DNA of 64,000 nucleotides from Escherichia coli (GCF_003018115.1 NZ_CP027457.1), one strand, 5' to 3'; positions 10,618 to 25,697 are shown, counted from the stretch's first letter. Notes: generated by a model from the sequence alone, not told the origin. Numbers and translations: made by a program.

Positions 10618-12021
10618 GTGTCACTTTCGCTTTGGCAGCAGTGTCTTGCCCGATTGCAGGATGAGTTACCAGCCACAGAATTCAGTATGTGGATACGCCC
10701 ATTGCAGGCGGAACTGAGCGATAACACGCTGGCCCTGTACGCGCCAAACCGTTTTGTCCTCGATTGGGTACGGGACAAGTACCTTAATAATATCAATGGA
10801 CTGCTAACCAGTTTCTGCGGAGCGGATGCCCCACAGCTGCGTTTTGAAGTCGGCACCAAACCGGTGACGCAAACGCCACAAGCGGCAGTGACGAGCAACG
10901 TCGCGGCCCCTGCACAGGTGGCGCAAACGCAGCCGCAACGTGCTGCGCCTTCTACGCGCTCAGGTTGGGATAACGTCCCGGCCCCGGCAGAACCGACCTA
11001 TCGTTCTAACGTAAACGTCAAACACACGTTTGATAACTTCGTTGAAGGTAAATCTAACCAACTGGCGCGCGCGGCGGCTCGCCAGGTGGCGGATAACCCT
11101 GGCGGTGCCTATAACCCGTTGTTCCTTTATGGCGGCACGGGTCTGGGTAAAACTCACCTGCTGCATGCGGTGGGTAACGGCATTATGGCGCGCAAGCCGA
11201 ATGCCAAAGTGGTTTATATGCACTCCGAGCGCTTTGTTCAGGACATGGTTAAAGCCCTGCAAAACAACGCGATCGAAGAGTTTAAACGCTACTACCGTTC
11301 CGTAGATGCACTGCTGATCGACGATATTCAGTTTTTTGCTAATAAAGAACGATCTCAGGAAGAGTTTTTCCATACCTTCAACGCCCTGTTGGAAGGTAAT
11401 CAACAGATCATTCTCACCTCGGATCGCTATCCGAAAGAGATCAACGGCGTTGAGGATCGTTTGAAATCCCGCTTCGGTTGGGGACTGACTGTGGCGATCG
11501 AACCGCCAGAGCTGGAAACCCGCGTGGCGATCCTGATGAAAAAGGCCGACGAAAACGACATTCGTTTGCCGGGCGAAGTGGCGTTCTTTATCGCCAAGCG
11601 TCTACGATCTAACGTACGTGAGCTGGAAGGGGCGCTGAACCGCGTTATTGCTAACGCCAACTTTACCGGACGGGCGATCACCATCGACTTCGTGCGTGAG
11701 GCACTGCGCGACTTGCTGGCATTGCAGGAAAAACTGGTCACCATCGACAATATTCAGAAGACGGTGGCGGAGTACTACAAGATCAAAGTCGCGGATCTCC
11801 TTTCCAAGCGTCGATCCCGCTCGGTGGCTCGTCCGCGTCAGATGGCGATGGCGCTGGCGAAAGAGCTGACTAACCACAGTCTGCCAGAGATTGGCGATGC
11901 GTTTGGTGGTCGTGACCACACTACGGTGCTTCATGCCTGCCGGAAGATCGAGCAGCTGCGTGAAGAGAGCCACGATATCAAAGAAGATTTTTCAAATTTA
12001 ATCAGAACATTGTCATCGTAA
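10618..12021 (+). CDS. dnaA: Chromosomal replication initiator DnaA
   Basis: ORF 10606..12021; product from the GTG at 10618 reads (M)[31 protein letters not shown]..., 467 aa, with AAA+ Walker A ([10 protein letters not shown]) and C-terminal DNA-binding domain. Confidence 0.95.
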
Positions 12022-12025
12022 ACCT

Positions 12026-13125
12026 ATGAAATTTACCGTAGAACGTGAGCATTTATTAAAACCGCTACAACAGGTGAGCGGTCCGTTAGGTGGTCGTCCT
12101 ACGCTACCGATTCTCGGTAATCTGCTGTTACAGGTTGCTGACGGTACGTTGTCGCTGACCGGTACTGATCTCGAGATGGAAATGGTGGCACGCGTTGCGC
12201 TGGTTCAGCCACACGAGCCAGGAGCGACGACCGTTCCGGCGCGCAAATTCTTTGATATCTGCCGTGGTCTGCCTGAAGGCGCGGAAATTGCCGTGCAGCT
12301 GGAAGGTGAGCGGATGCTGGTGCGCTCCGGGCGTAGCCGTTTTTCGCTGTCTACCCTGCCAGCGGCGGATTTCCCGAACCTCGATGACTGGCAGAGTGAA
12401 GTCGAATTTACCCTGCCGCAGGCGACGATGAAGCGTCTGATTGAAGCGACCCAGTTTTCTATGGCGCATCAGGACGTTCGCTATTACTTAAACGGTATGC
12501 TGTTCGAAACTGAAGGTGAAGAACTGCGCACCGTGGCGACCGATGGTCACCGTCTGGCGGTCTGTTCAATGCCAATTGGTCAATCTTTGCCAAGCCATTC
12601 GGTGATCGTGCCGCGTAAAGGCGTGATTGAACTGATGCGTATGCTCGACGGCGGCGACAATCCGCTGCGCGTGCAGATTGGCAGCAACAATATTCGCGCC
12701 CACGTTGGCGACTTTATCTTCACCTCTAAACTGGTGGATGGTCGCTTCCCGGATTACCGCCGCGTTCTGCCGAAGAATCCGGACAAGCATCTGGAAGCAG
12801 GCTGCGATCTCCTCAAGCAGGCGTTTGCTCGCGCGGCAATTCTCTCTAACGAGAAATTCCGCGGTGTGCGCCTGTATGTCAGCGAAAACCAGCTGAAAAT
12901 TACTGCCAACAACCCGGAACAGGAAGAAGCGGAAGAGATCCTCGACGTTACCTACAGCGGTGCGGAGATGGAAATCGGCTTCAACGTCAGCTATGTGCTG
13001 GATGTCCTGAACGCGCTGAAATGCGAAAACGTCCGCATGATGCTGACCGATTCGGTTTCCAGCGTGCAGATTGAAGATGCAGCCAGCCAGAGCGCGGCTT
13101 ATGTTGTCATGCCAATGAGACTGTA

Positions 13126-13126
<1 letters not shown>
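12026..13126 (+). CDS. dnaN: DNA polymerase III beta sliding clamp
   Basis: 366-aa [38 protein letters not shown]..., directly after dnaA. Confidence 0.95.
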
Positions 13127-16642
<3,516 letters not shown>

Positions 16643-16731
16643 TGGCGTTAACCATGCGAGCGTGCCTGTTGCGCTACGCTTATCAGGCCTACGAGACTCC
16701 TGCAATATATTGAATTTGCATGTTTTTGTAG

Positions 16732-16761
16732 GCCGGATAAGGCGTTCACGCCGCATCCGGC
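16732..16761. repeat. REP (repetitive extragenic palindromic) element
   Basis: gccggataaggcgttcacgccgcatccggc, the typical REP palindromic unit; a second REP-like half-site lies ~16654-16690. Confidence 0.55.
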
Positions 16762-16778
16762 AAGAAGCTATAAGAAAA

Positions 16779-16806
16779 GGGCGGAGATCATCTCCGCCCT
16801 TTTTAT
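16779..16806 (+). terminator. Rho-independent terminator downstream of gyrB
   Basis: gggcggagat / atctccgccc perfect inverted repeat followed by TTTTTAT. Confidence 0.7.
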
Positions 16807-16881
16807 TTCTGCAATCCGCAATTATCATCCCGCAGTTCTATACTTTTTGGGTCAACACGTAACGCTTTACAGGTGATTATC

Positions 16882-17280
16882 ATGGGGCTTTTTGATGAAG
16901 TTGTCGGCGCCTTTCTGAAAGGCGATGCGGGGAAATATCAGGCGATTTTAAGTTGGGTTGAGGAGCAGGGTGGCATTCAGGTGCTGCTGGAAAAACTGCA
17001 AAGTGGCGGCTTAGGGGCCATTCTCTCAACCTGGCTGAGTAATCAACAGGGCAATCAACCAGTTAGCGGCGAGCAACTGGAATCAGCACTCGGCACAAAC
17101 GCGGTGTCCGATCTCGGGCAAAAACTTGGCGTGGATACCAGTACAGCTTCCAGTTTACTGGCAGAACAATTGCCGAAGATTATTGATGCGCTCTCACCGC
17201 AAGGTGAAGTGTCACCACAAGCCAATAACGATCTGCTTTCCGCAGGCATGGATCTGCTAAAAGGGAAACTCTTCCGCTAA
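16882..17280 (+). CDS. yidB: Uncharacterised protein YidB (DUF937-like)
   Basis: ORF 16873..17280; from the ATG at 16882 the product is MGLFDEVVGAFLKGDAGKYQAILSWVEEQGG..., 132 aa. Confidence 0.85.
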   Translation: MGLFDEVVGAFLKGDAGKYQAILSWVEEQGGIQVLLEKLQSGGLGAILSTWLSNQQGNQPVSGEQLESALGTNAVSDLGQKLGVDTSTASSLLAEQLPKIIDALSPQGEVSPQANNDLLSAGMDLLKGKLFR

Positions 17281-17394
17281 GCAAAAGGGGAGCACGCAAC
17301 GCGCGTTGCATCCCCCTTTTCCCCAGGGTGTTGTACTGATTTTTGAGCGGAATCGCGTTAGCATGGGTCAGGAACCAATCTACCTGGGGAACTC

Positions 17395-18207
17395 ATGGCT
17401 ATCAAACTCATTGCTATCGATATGGATGGCACCCTTCTGCTGCCCGATCACACCATTTCACCCGCCGTTAAAAATGCGATTGCCGCAGCTCGCGCCCGTG
17501 GCGTAAATGTCGTGCTGACGACGGGCCGCCCTTATGCAGGTGTGCACAACTACCTGAAAGAGCTGCATATGGAACAGCCGGGCGACTACTGCATTACTTA
17601 CAACGGTGCGCTGGTGCAGAAGGCCGCTGATGGTAGCACCGTGGCGCAAACCGCTCTCAGCTATGACGACTACCGTTTCCTGGAAAAACTCTCTCGCGAA
17701 GTCGGTTCTCATTTCCACGCCCTGGACCGCACCACGCTGTACACCGCCAACCGTGATATCAGCTACTACACGGTGCATGAATCCTTCGTTGCCACCATTC
17801 CGCTGGTGTTCTGCGAAGCGGAGAAAATGGACCCCAATACCCAGTTCCTGAAAGTGATGATGATTGATGAACCCGCCATCCTCGACCAGGCTATCGCGCG
17901 TATTCCGCAGGAAGTGAAAGAGAAATATACCGTGCTGAAAAGTGCGCCGTACTTCCTCGAAATCCTCGATAAACGCGTTAACAAAGGTACGGGGGTGAAA
18001 TCACTGGCCGACGTGTTAGGTATTAAACCGGAAGAAATCATGGCGATTGGCGATCAGGAAAACGACATTGCAATGATTGAATACGCAGGCGTCGGTGTGG
18101 CAATGGATAATGCTATTCCTTCGGTGAAAGAAGTGGCGAACTTTGTCACCAAATCCAACCTTGAAGATGGCGTGGCGTTTGCCATTGAAAAGTATGTGCT
18201 GAATTAA
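17395..18207 (+). CDS. yidA: HAD-superfamily sugar phosphatase YidA
   Basis: 270-aa ORF MAIKLIAIDMDGTLLLPDHTISPAVKNAIAAARARGVNVVLTTGRPY... with the HAD DxDGT motif. Confidence 0.9.
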   Translation: MAIKLIAIDMDGTLLLPDHTISPAVKNAIAAARARGVNVVLTTGRPYAGVHNYLKELHMEQPGDYCITYNGALVQKAADGSTVAQTALSYDDYRFLEKLSREVGSHFHALDRTTLYTANRDISYYTVHESFVATIPLVFCEAEKMDPNTQFLKVMMIDEPAILDQAIARIPQEVKEKYTVLKSAPYFLEILDKRVNKGTGVKSLADVLGIKPEEIMAIGDQENDIAMIEYAGVGVAMDNAIPSVKEVANFVTKSNLEDGVAFAIEKYVLN

Positions 18208-18214
18208 TCTGTGG

Positions 18215-18245
18215 GCGGGCAAACAGCATAAACGCGTTTGCCCGC
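18215..18245. terminator. Hairpin between convergent yidA and yidX
   Basis: gcgggcaaac ... gtttgcccgc 10-bp inverted repeat; weak U-tracts, so termination efficiency uncertain. Confidence 0.45.
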
Positions 18246-18252
18246 TTACTGA

Positions 18253-18909
18253 TTATTGGTTTACTGCATATACAACCAGAAATTGCAGCGGTGCAGTAAT
18301 GATGTCCAGCGTAACAGTCACTGGCAGTAATGCTGCGGAAACACCATCCGGAATGCCTCTGGGTGAATAGTATTCATAAAATCGCACTTTAAATGGATGG
18401 TAGAACGCCATCACCTTTGAGTAATCCATGTTTTTATTTTTCTCATGGATTGTGCCTTTTAGGTTTTCCAGTGACCTAGTACAGTGTTGAACACCACAGG
18501 CAAAACCATAATGCGTTGCCAGTGCCTTTTCTTCTTCGTTATTCCAGTAGTAGTAAAGCGATATTGTGCCGGTAAATTTCTTTTTCCCCGCATTTAAAAC
18601 AAATCTTGCGTCGTCAGCGACCTGAATATTATGCCTGTTAAGAGCTGGATCCTTGAGCATCTTAACGATGTCATCGGCACCATCAGTGATAAGGTAATCC
18701 AGCGATTCCCCTACAAAAACATAGCCTTTTGTTCCATTACTATCTTTTGCCTGCGATAGCCCAGTGATGGTGTCTGACTGCGATTGATACTTTCCTGAAC
18801 TACCCTTTGCGGTATGGGAAACCAGAGCATACGAGATACAGCCTGAAAGCATCAGCGCCAGTGGGAATAAACTGGCAGCCTTAAAAAATCCCTTAAAATT
18901 CAACTTCAT
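18253..18909 (-). CDS. yidX: Putative lipoprotein YidX
   Basis: ORF 18253..19230 carries a 107-codon upstream extension; the product from Met108 ([30 protein letters not shown]...) is a 218-aa lipoprotein with a lipobox (LSGC). Confidence 0.8.
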   Translation of the reverse strand: MKLNFKGFFKAASLFPLALMLSGCISYALVSHTAKGSSGKYQSQSDTITGLSQAKDSNGTKGYVFVGESLDYLITDGADDIVKMLKDPALNRHNIQVADDARFVLNAGKKKFTGTISLYYYWNNEEEKALATHYGFACGVQHCTRSLENLKGTIHEKNKNMDYSKVMAFYHPFKVRFYEYYSPRGIPDGVSAALLPVTVTLDIITAPLQFLVVYAVNQ

Positions 18910-19044
18910 GATTAATCCTTTAAACGAGTAGCTAAGCCGTTGAAAGCATACTCTTCTTTCCCTCCTGTTTAGCGCCTGATCTCCCTTTTCAGATTTCTGC
19001 CCGATATAAGACCTTTTCTTATGAGGTGTTTTTTTGTGGACTAA

Positions 19045-19158
19045 TATCTGTTGCAAGGTTATGGGTTCGCCCCGGCACTGGTTTATATCTCCGCCGTCGC
19101 GTTGATTGGCGCGCTCTCTTACATCCTGCTGGTGGGCGATGTGAAGCGCGTTGGCTAA
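19045..19158 (+). pseudogene. dgoT: Relic 3' end of a transporter gene, probably dgoT (37 codons, no start codon)
   Basis: Open frame [41 protein letters not shown] with no upstream start, convergent with and overlapping the cbrA stop by 3 nt; hydrophobic helix typical of an MFS C-terminus; in K-12 dgoT sits at exactly this position relative to cbrA. Confidence 0.45.
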
Positions 19159-20219
19159 TCCTTCAACTGTGGAATATGTGCCACACCACTGCGCATAATC
19201 CACTTTCTTAAAGCCGGTGCGGTCAGGCATCGGCTTTTTACTATCTTGCCGAAGAGTTTTAAACGCAGTTTGCGGGTGGCGCGCCAGTAAGCGGTATTGA
19301 GCTTCTCTGGCTGCTTCAGTAACACCGAACGCAGAATGTCTGCGCTATCCAGCGCATAGCTAATCCCCTCCAGCGAGCTGGCGCTGATAAATCCCGCCGC
19401 TTCACCAATCAGAAAGGCGTTGTCCTTACCGCAGACAAAATCCTGCCAGCGTGAGGGAAACAGCACTGTGCATTTTTCGCTTTTCACCGCTTTGCCAAAC
19501 TGGAACTGAAAGGCGCTCATTTTCTCTTTCAGCGTCGCGAAACGCGTCTGACCGTCTTTCATTGGATAGGCACCGCCAAAGATAAAATAACCGTCTTTGC
19601 TGATACTCCATGAGTAACAGTCAGTTATCGCATTATCAAAGATGCAGGAGTAGAACGGCACCGGATGTTTCTCTGCGAACCACTGCTGGATTGCGACATA
19701 TTTACGGATTTGATGATCCGGGTAGAGATGTCGCCGCACCATCGAGTTGGCACCATCGGCACCGACCAGATAGCGGGCGGTAATATGCTGCTCCCAGCCG
19801 TCTGCACGAAAAATGACATGCCATTTATTATCCTCACGCCAGATTTTCCGGCACAGGCTATCGTGGTAAACCTCAACGCTGGCGGGGATCAGCGATTTCA
19901 TCCACAAGTCGAAAGCATGGCGATTAATATTGATATAGCTTCGCTGGTAGTTACGCGTGAGCGATGCGGCGACGTCGACGGTTTTGACGCTGAAAATCTG
20001 CGGATTAGCGATCACATCGACAGGAAGCGTCAGCCCATCGCGAATAAAAGATCGCTGCGCGTCCGGTGCCAGCAGACCGCCACAAGGTTTGCTGAAACCT
20101 TCAGTACCATGCTGGTGCTTTTTATCCAGCGCGATCACCTGCATTTTGCCTGCTAACTTTCGTGCCAACGCCGATCCTGCCGGGCCGAGGCCAATAATCG
20201 CCACGTCGAAATGTTCCAT
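19155..20219 (-). CDS. cbrA: FAD-dependent oxidoreductase CbrA (colicin E2 tolerance protein)
   Basis: ORF 19155..20240; from Met8 the product is [34 protein letters not shown]..., 354 aa, with an FAD-binding GxGxxG fold. Confidence 0.85.
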   Translation of the reverse strand: MEHFDVAIIGLGPAGSALARKLAGKMQVIALDKKHQHGTEGFSKPCGGLLAPDAQRSFIRDGLTLPVDVIANPQIFSVKTVDVAASLTRNYQRSYININRHAFDLWMKSLIPASVEVYHDSLCRKIWREDNKWHVIFRADGWEQHITARYLVGADGANSMVRRHLYPDHQIRKYVAIQQWFAEKHPVPFYSCIFDNAITDCYSWSISKDGYFIFGGAYPMKDGQTRFATLKEKMSAFQFQFGKAVKSEKCTVLFPSRWQDFVCGKDNAFLIGEAAGFISASSLEGISYALDSADILRSVLLKQPEKLNTAYWRATRKLRLKLFGKIVKSRCLTAPALRKWIMRSGVAHIPQLKD

Positions 20220-20283
20220 CTTTTCACTCACATTCATCACGATGGCAAAAGACTATTGTCTGAAAGTGAAGTCCTTGTGAAGT

Positions 20284-21534
20284 ATGATGGCGGGAACCGT
20301 TTTGTATCAGGACCACGCCATGAAACAGATAACCTTTGCTCCCCGCAATCACCTGCTCACTAATACCAATACCTGGACGCCCGACAGCCAGTGGCTGGTA
20401 TTTGACGTGCGTCCTTCTGGGGCGTCGTTTACCGGCGAGACCATTGAGCGTGTGAATATCCATACCGGCGAGGTCGAGGTTATCTATCGCGCGTCACAGG
20501 GCGCACACGTCGGCGTGGTGACCGTTCATCCGAAGTCAGATAAATATGTCTTTATTCACGGCCCTGAAAATCCTGATGAAACATGGCATTACGATTTCCA
20601 TCATCGACGCGGAGTCATTGCTGAAGGCGGCAAGGTGAGCAATCTCGATGCAATGGATATTACTGCACCGTACACCCCAGGAGCGCTGCGCGGCGGCAGC
20701 CATGTACATGTCTTTAGCCCGGACGGTGAAAGGGTGAGCTTTACCTATAACGACCATGTAATGCATCAGCTCGATTCGGCGCTGGATTTGCGAAACGTCG
20801 GTGTTGCTGCACCGTTTGGCCCGGTCAATGTACAAAAGCAACATCCGCGTGAATACAGCGGTAGCCACTGGTGTGTGCTGGTGAGTAAAACCACGCCCAC
20901 GCCGCAGCCTGGCAGTGATGAAATCAATCGTGCTTATGAAGAAGGATGGGTAGGAAATCACGCGCTGGCATTTATTGGCGACACACTTTCGCCAAAGGGC
21001 GAGAAAGTGCCGGAGCTGTTTATCGTTGAGTTACCGCAAGATGAAGCTGGCTGGAAAGCAGCAGGTGATGCGCCGTTAAGCGGAACGGAAACAACCCTGC
21101 CCGCGCCACCGCGTGGCGTCGTGCAGCGACGTTTAACCTTTACCCACCATCGGGCTTATCCGGGGTTAGTCAACGTCCCGCGCCACTGGGTGCGCTGTAA
21201 TCCGCAGGGTACGCAAATCGCGTTTTTAATGCGTGATGATAACGGCATTGTGCAACTGTGGCTTATCTCGCCACAGGGCGGCGAGCCGCGCCAGTTAACC
21301 CATAACAAAACGGATATTCAGTCTGCATTTAACTGGCATCCGTCAGGAGAATGGTTGGGCTTTGTGCTGGGTAATCGAATTGCTTGTGCCCATGCGCAAA
21401 GCGGCGAGGTTGAGTATTTAACCGAAAACCACGCCAATCTACCTTCTGCGGACGCCGTGGTCTTCTCGCCGGATGGTCAGTGGCTGGCGTGGATGGAAGG
21501 CGGCCAGCTGTGGATCACCGAAACTGATCGCTAA
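20284..21534 (+). CDS. yidR: Uncharacterised protein YidR (DUF3748-like)
   Basis: 416-aa ORF ...MKQITFAPRNHLLTNTNTWTPDSQWLVFDVRP...; the true start may be one of the downstream Met codons. Confidence 0.82.
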   Translation: MMAGTVLYQDHAMKQITFAPRNHLLTNTNTWTPDSQWLVFDVRPSGASFTGETIERVNIHTGEVEVIYRASQGAHVGVVTVHPKSDKYVFIHGPENPDETWHYDFHHRRGVIAEGGKVSNLDAMDITAPYTPGALRGGSHVHVFSPDGERVSFTYNDHVMHQLDSALDLRNVGVAAPFGPVNVQKQHPREYSGSHWCVLVSKTTPTPQPGSDEINRAYEEGWVGNHALAFIGDTLSPKGEKVPELFIVELPQDEAGWKAAGDAPLSGTETTLPAPPRGVVQRRLTFTHHRAYPGLVNVPRHWVRCNPQGTQIAFLMRDDNGIVQLWLISPQGGEPRQLTHNKTDIQSAFNWHPSGEWLGFVLGNRIACAHAQSGEVEYLTENHANLPSADAVVFSPDGQWLAWMEGGQLWITETDR

Positions 21535-21535
21535 A

Positions 21536-21868
21536 TCAGTTATCAGGCATTCTGGCCGGTGGAATAACCGCATTGGTGGCTTGCGCGTTGGCTTCGCTTT
21601 TTTCAACGCGTGAGCGCACCGAGCTGTCTTTGCGGAACACATCCCACGGCAGTAAAAGCGTGTCCATCACAGCGGTAAACGGCATATCGAGAATCGCCAG
21701 CGACTTAGTGCCCCAGTTGGTTTCATCATCGCCAATCATGGTGGCGCTGGCGCGGGTGCCGGGATACGTTCCTTCTTTCCCTCCGGTATGGGACATCACG
21801 CTGGAGCATCCTCCGAGTAATGCCATTCCACTGCATATCATGAACGCTAACAACACATTTCTTATCAT
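21536..21868 (-). CDS. yidQ: Lipoprotein YidQ
   Basis: ORF 21536..21970; from Met35 the product is MIRNVLLAFMICSGMALLGGCSSVMSHTGG..., 110 aa, with a lipobox. Confidence 0.8.
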   Translation of the reverse strand: MIRNVLLAFMICSGMALLGGCSSVMSHTGGKEGTYPGTRASATMIGDDETNWGTKSLAILDMPFTAVMDTLLLPWDVFRKDSSVRSRVEKSEANAQATNAVIPPARMPDN

Positions 21869-22042
21869 AATAAATTCATCTGTTGATCGTGGGTGTTGGC
21901 CTGATGAGTTATAGCGATCCCTTGCTGAAAATAACATCATCATTACGTCGCTCTGTGGCGGCAATCGCACTTTAACGTTTCGTGCTGCCCCCTCAGTCTA
22001 TGCAATAGACCATAAACTGCAAAAAAAAGTCCGCTGATAAGG

Positions 22043-22071
22043 CTTGAAAAGTTCATTTCCAGACCCATTTT
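22043..22071 (+). promoter_or_regulatory. sigma32 (heat shock) promoter of ibpA
   Basis: CTTGAAA (22043-22049) and CCCATTTTT (22064-22072) separated by 14 nt, matching the sigma32 -35 CTTGAAA and -10 CCCCATnT consensus, ~100 bp upstream of ibpA. Confidence 0.6.
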
Positions 22072-22173
22072 TACATCGTAGCCGATGAGGACGCGCCTGA
22101 TGGGTGTTCTGGCTACCTGACCTGTCCATTGTGGAAGGTCTTACATTCTCGCTGATTTCAGGAGCTATTGATT

Positions 22174-22587
22174 ATGCGTAACTTTGATTTATCCCCGCTT
22201 TACCGTTCTGCTATTGGATTTGACCGTTTGTTTAACCACTTAGAAAACAACCAGAGCCAGAGTAATGGCGGCTACCCTCCGTATAACGTTGAACTGGTAG
22301 ACGAAAACCATTACCGCATTGCTATCGCTGTGGCTGGTTTTGCTGAGAGCGAACTGGAAATTACCGCCCAGGATAATCTGCTGGTGGTGAAAGGTGCTCA
22401 CGCCGACGAACAAAAAGAGCGCACCTATCTGTACCAGGGCATCGCTGAACGCAACTTTGAACGCAAATTCCAGTTAGCTGAGAACATTCATGTTCGTGGC
22501 GCTAACCTGGTGAATGGTTTGCTGTATATCGATCTCGAACGCGTGATTCCGGAAGCGAAAAAACCGCGCCGTATCGAAATCAACTAA
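22174..22587 (+). CDS. ibpA: Small heat shock protein IbpA
   Basis: From Met3 of ORF 22168..22587: [56 protein letters not shown]..., 137 aa alpha-crystallin family; GGAG Shine-Dalgarno upstream. Confidence 0.95.
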
Positions 22588-22698
22588 TTCCCTAAGGCCG
22601 CCTGGCGCGGCCTGACATCTCCATGCTCGCCGTCAGGGAGCATATGCGAATCTTCGGATTTGCAGGTACTTACTCGCTTCTTAGAAGGAGAAATAACT

Positions 22699-23127
22699 AT
22701 GCGTAACTTCGATTTATCCCCACTGATGCGTCAATGGATCGGTTTTGACAAACTGGCCAACGCACTGCAAAACGCCGGTGAAAGTCAGAGCTTCCCGCCG
22801 TACAACATTGAGAAAAGCGACGATAACCACTACCGCATTACCCTTGCGCTGGCAGGTTTCCGTCAGGAAGATTTAGAGATTCAACTGGAAGGTACGCGCC
22901 TGAGCGTAAAAGGCACGCCGGAGCAGCCAAAAGAAGAGAAAAAATGGCTGCATCAAGGGCTTATGAATCAGCCATTTAGCCTGAGCTTTACGCTGGCTGA
23001 AAATATGGAAGTCTCTGGCGCAACCTTCGTAAACGGTTTACTGCATATTGATTTAATTCGTAATGAGCCTGAACCCATCGCAGCGCAGCGTATCGCTATC
23101 AGCGAACGTCCCGCGTTAAATAGCTAA
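22699..23127 (+). CDS. ibpB: Small heat shock protein IbpB
   Basis: From Met14 of ORF 22660..23127: [54 protein letters not shown]..., 142 aa; AGGAG Shine-Dalgarno upstream. Confidence 0.95.
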
Positions 23128-23142
23128 CTAGCTATTCTCTTT

Positions 23143-23170
23143 GCCCCGCCATTCTGGTGGGGCTTTTTTT
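23143..23170 (+). terminator. Rho-independent terminator after ibpB
   Basis: gccccgccattctggtggggc hairpin followed by TTTTTTTG. Confidence 0.7.
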
Positions 23171-23322
23171 GTCTTTCTTCTTAAACAATGCGTTAAATTT
23201 CGACTGTTTAAGATATTTCGGCACGTTCTTTCCCGTGATAATGTGCGCTATAAGGCAAATCTGCTTCACCGATTCAGCCATAATCCGTAGCAATTAAAAT
23301 GTTATCTCAAGAGAAATGGACG

Positions 23323-24984
23323 ATGAGTGATATAGCATTAACGGTCAGTATTTTGGCTTTGGTGGCAGTCGTCGGTTTGTTTATCGGCAACGTCAAATTT
23401 CGCGGCATAGGATTAGGTATTGGCGGCGTGCTGTTTGGTGGGATCATCGTCGGCCATTTTGTTTCTCAGGCGGGGATGACATTAAGTAGCGATATGCTGC
23501 ATGTTATTCAGGAATTTGGCCTGATCCTGTTCGTTTATACTATCGGGATTCAGGTAGGGCCGGGCTTCTTTGCCTCATTGCGCGTCTCCGGATTACGCCT
23601 CAACCTGTTTGCTGTTCTGATCGTCATCATCGGTGGTCTGGTTACCGCCATCCTGCATAAACTGTTTGATATTCCACTGCCGGTAGTGCTGGGGATTTTC
23701 TCCGGTGCGGTTACCAATACGCCAGCGCTGGGGGCAGGGCAGCAGATTTTGCGCGACCTGGGTACACCAATGGAAATGGTCGATCAGATGGGGATGAGTT
23801 ACGCGATGGCGTATCCATTCGGCATTTGCGGGATTTTGTTCACCATGTGGATGTTGCGGGTTATTTTCCGCGTCAATGTCGAGACAGAAGCTCAGCAGCA
23901 CGAGTCTTCACGCACCAATGGCGGCGCGCTGATCAAGACTATCAATATTCGCGTTGAGAACCCTAACCTGCATGATTTAGCCATTAAAGATGTACCGATT
24001 CTCAACGGCGACAAAATTATCTGCTCGCGTCTGAAACGCGAAGAAACCCTAAAAGTTCCTTCGCCAGATACCATTATCCAACTGGGCGATTTGCTGCATC
24101 TGGTGGGTCAGCCAGCGGATTTACATAATGCGCAACTGGTGATTGGTCAGGAGGTCGATACTTCGCTGTCCACGAAAGGCACTGATTTGCGCGTCGAGCG
24201 TGTGGTGGTCACCAATGAAAACGTGCTCGGAAAACGTATTCGCGACCTGCACTTTAAAGAACGCTATGACGTTGTTATCTCGCGACTGAACCGTGCCGGG
24301 GTCGAACTGGTCGCCAGTGGCGATATCAGCCTGCAGTTCGGCGATATCCTCAACCTGGTGGGGCGTCCGTCCGCAATTGATGCCGTTGCCAATGTGCTGG
24401 GGAATGCGCAGCAAAAACTGCAACAGGTTCAGATGCTGCCAGTGTTTATTGGCATCGGGCTTGGCGTATTGTTAGGTTCTATTCCCGTCTTTGTGCCGGG
24501 ATTCCCGGCCGCGTTGAAACTGGGGCTGGCGGGCGGTCCGCTGATTATGGCGTTGATCCTCGGGCGTATCGGCAGTATCGGCAAGCTGTACTGGTTTATG
24601 CCGCCAAGTGCCAACCTCGCGCTGCGGGAGCTGGGGATCGTGCTGTTCCTCTCTGTCGTTGGTCTGAAATCTGGTGGGGATTTTGTGAATACCCTGGTCA
24701 ATGGCGAAGGGCTAAGCTGGATTGGTTATGGTGCCCTGATCACCGCCGTTCCGCTGATTACTGTTGGCATTCTGGCGCGGATGTTAGCCAAAATGAATTA
24801 CCTGACCATGTGCGGGATGCTGGCAGGTTCCATGACCGATCCTCCGGCGCTGGCGTTTGCTAATAATCTTCATCCAACCAGTGGTGCGGCGGCGCTCTCT
24901 TACGCCACTGTCTATCCGTTAGTGATGTTCCTGCGCATTATCACCCCCCAATTACTGGCGGTGCTCTTCTGGAGTATCGGTTAA
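23323..24984 (+). CDS. yidE: Putative transport protein YidE (AAE family, TrkA-C domains)
   Basis: From Met9 of ORF 23299..24984: [32 protein letters not shown]..., 553 aa with two membrane domains flanking cytoplasmic TrkA-C-like domains. Confidence 0.9.
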
Positions 24985-25697
24985 CTCTTTTCCGGGTGGA
25001 GTCGCCGTAAATGGTACTCCACCTGGTATTCGCTGGCATTTCTGAACATCACTGAATAATTCAAAAACTCCCCGCTCTCGCTATATGACAACGAGGTGAT
25101 CCGCAGCAGTGGCGTGTGTTCCGCTACCTTCATTTGCCGCGCCAGCAGTCTATCGGCGAGCACCGGCGTCAGGCTTTCATAATTACCGCCAATCAGAATC
25201 CCGCACTCTTGTTCAATATATTCAAACTTCGACCCTTCCAGATGTTGCAGCGAAAGGTTACGGAACAGTTTTACCGGCATATAGCTGTCTTCCAGCATCA
25301 GCGGTTTCCCTTCCACAAAACGAACGCGACGGGAGAAGTAGATCTGCTCGTTGATTTGAATCCGTAACTGGCTGGCAATGGCCGGAGGCGCAGGCATGAT
25401 TTCAAAAATCAGCACCTGGCTGGTGACCGTTTTTCCCTGACGTTTTAACACCTCCACCAGCCCGGTCAGACTGGCGGTTTGATGCAGTACATCTTTGCGC
25501 ACCAGGTAAGTGCCACTACCGTGGCGGCGGACCACCAGCCCCCACGCTACCAGCAGGTCAATGGCTTTACGGATGGTCATCCGCGATACCGCAAACTCTT
25601 CCGCCAGCTTTTTTTCACCGGGAAGAAGGCTGTTTAGCGTGAAATCTGCGGAATTAAGTCGAATTCTTAACCGCTCCGCAATGCTTTTGTAGATCAT
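24981..25697 (-). CDS. yidP: GntR-family transcriptional regulator YidP
   Basis: From Met54 of ORF 24981..25856: [49 protein letters not shown]... (GntR HTH plus UTRA-like effector domain), 238 aa; divergent from the glv PTS genes. Confidence 0.85.

Noticed and set aside
19026-19211. 61-aa plus-strand ORF (GTG start) in the cbrA-yidX gap
   Set aside because: It is a different frame from the transporter-like relic and overlaps the cbrA 3' end; sequence [26 protein letters not shown]... has no recognisable features. The relic frame is the more parsimonious reading.
18910-19230. N-terminal extensions in the ORF track (yidX 325 aa, yidQ 144 aa, glv PTS 625 aa, yidP 291 aa, ibpB 155 aa and others)
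   Set aside because: The track takes the most upstream ATG/GTG/TTG. In each case an internal Met with a Shine-Dalgarno gives a product that begins with the recognisable N-terminus of the known protein, and the extension runs into the promoter or intergenic region.
22593-22660. sigma54 promoter upstream of ibpB
   Set aside because: Could not find a convincing TGGCAC-N5-TTGCA match in the ibpA-ibpB intergenic region by eye; left unannotated.
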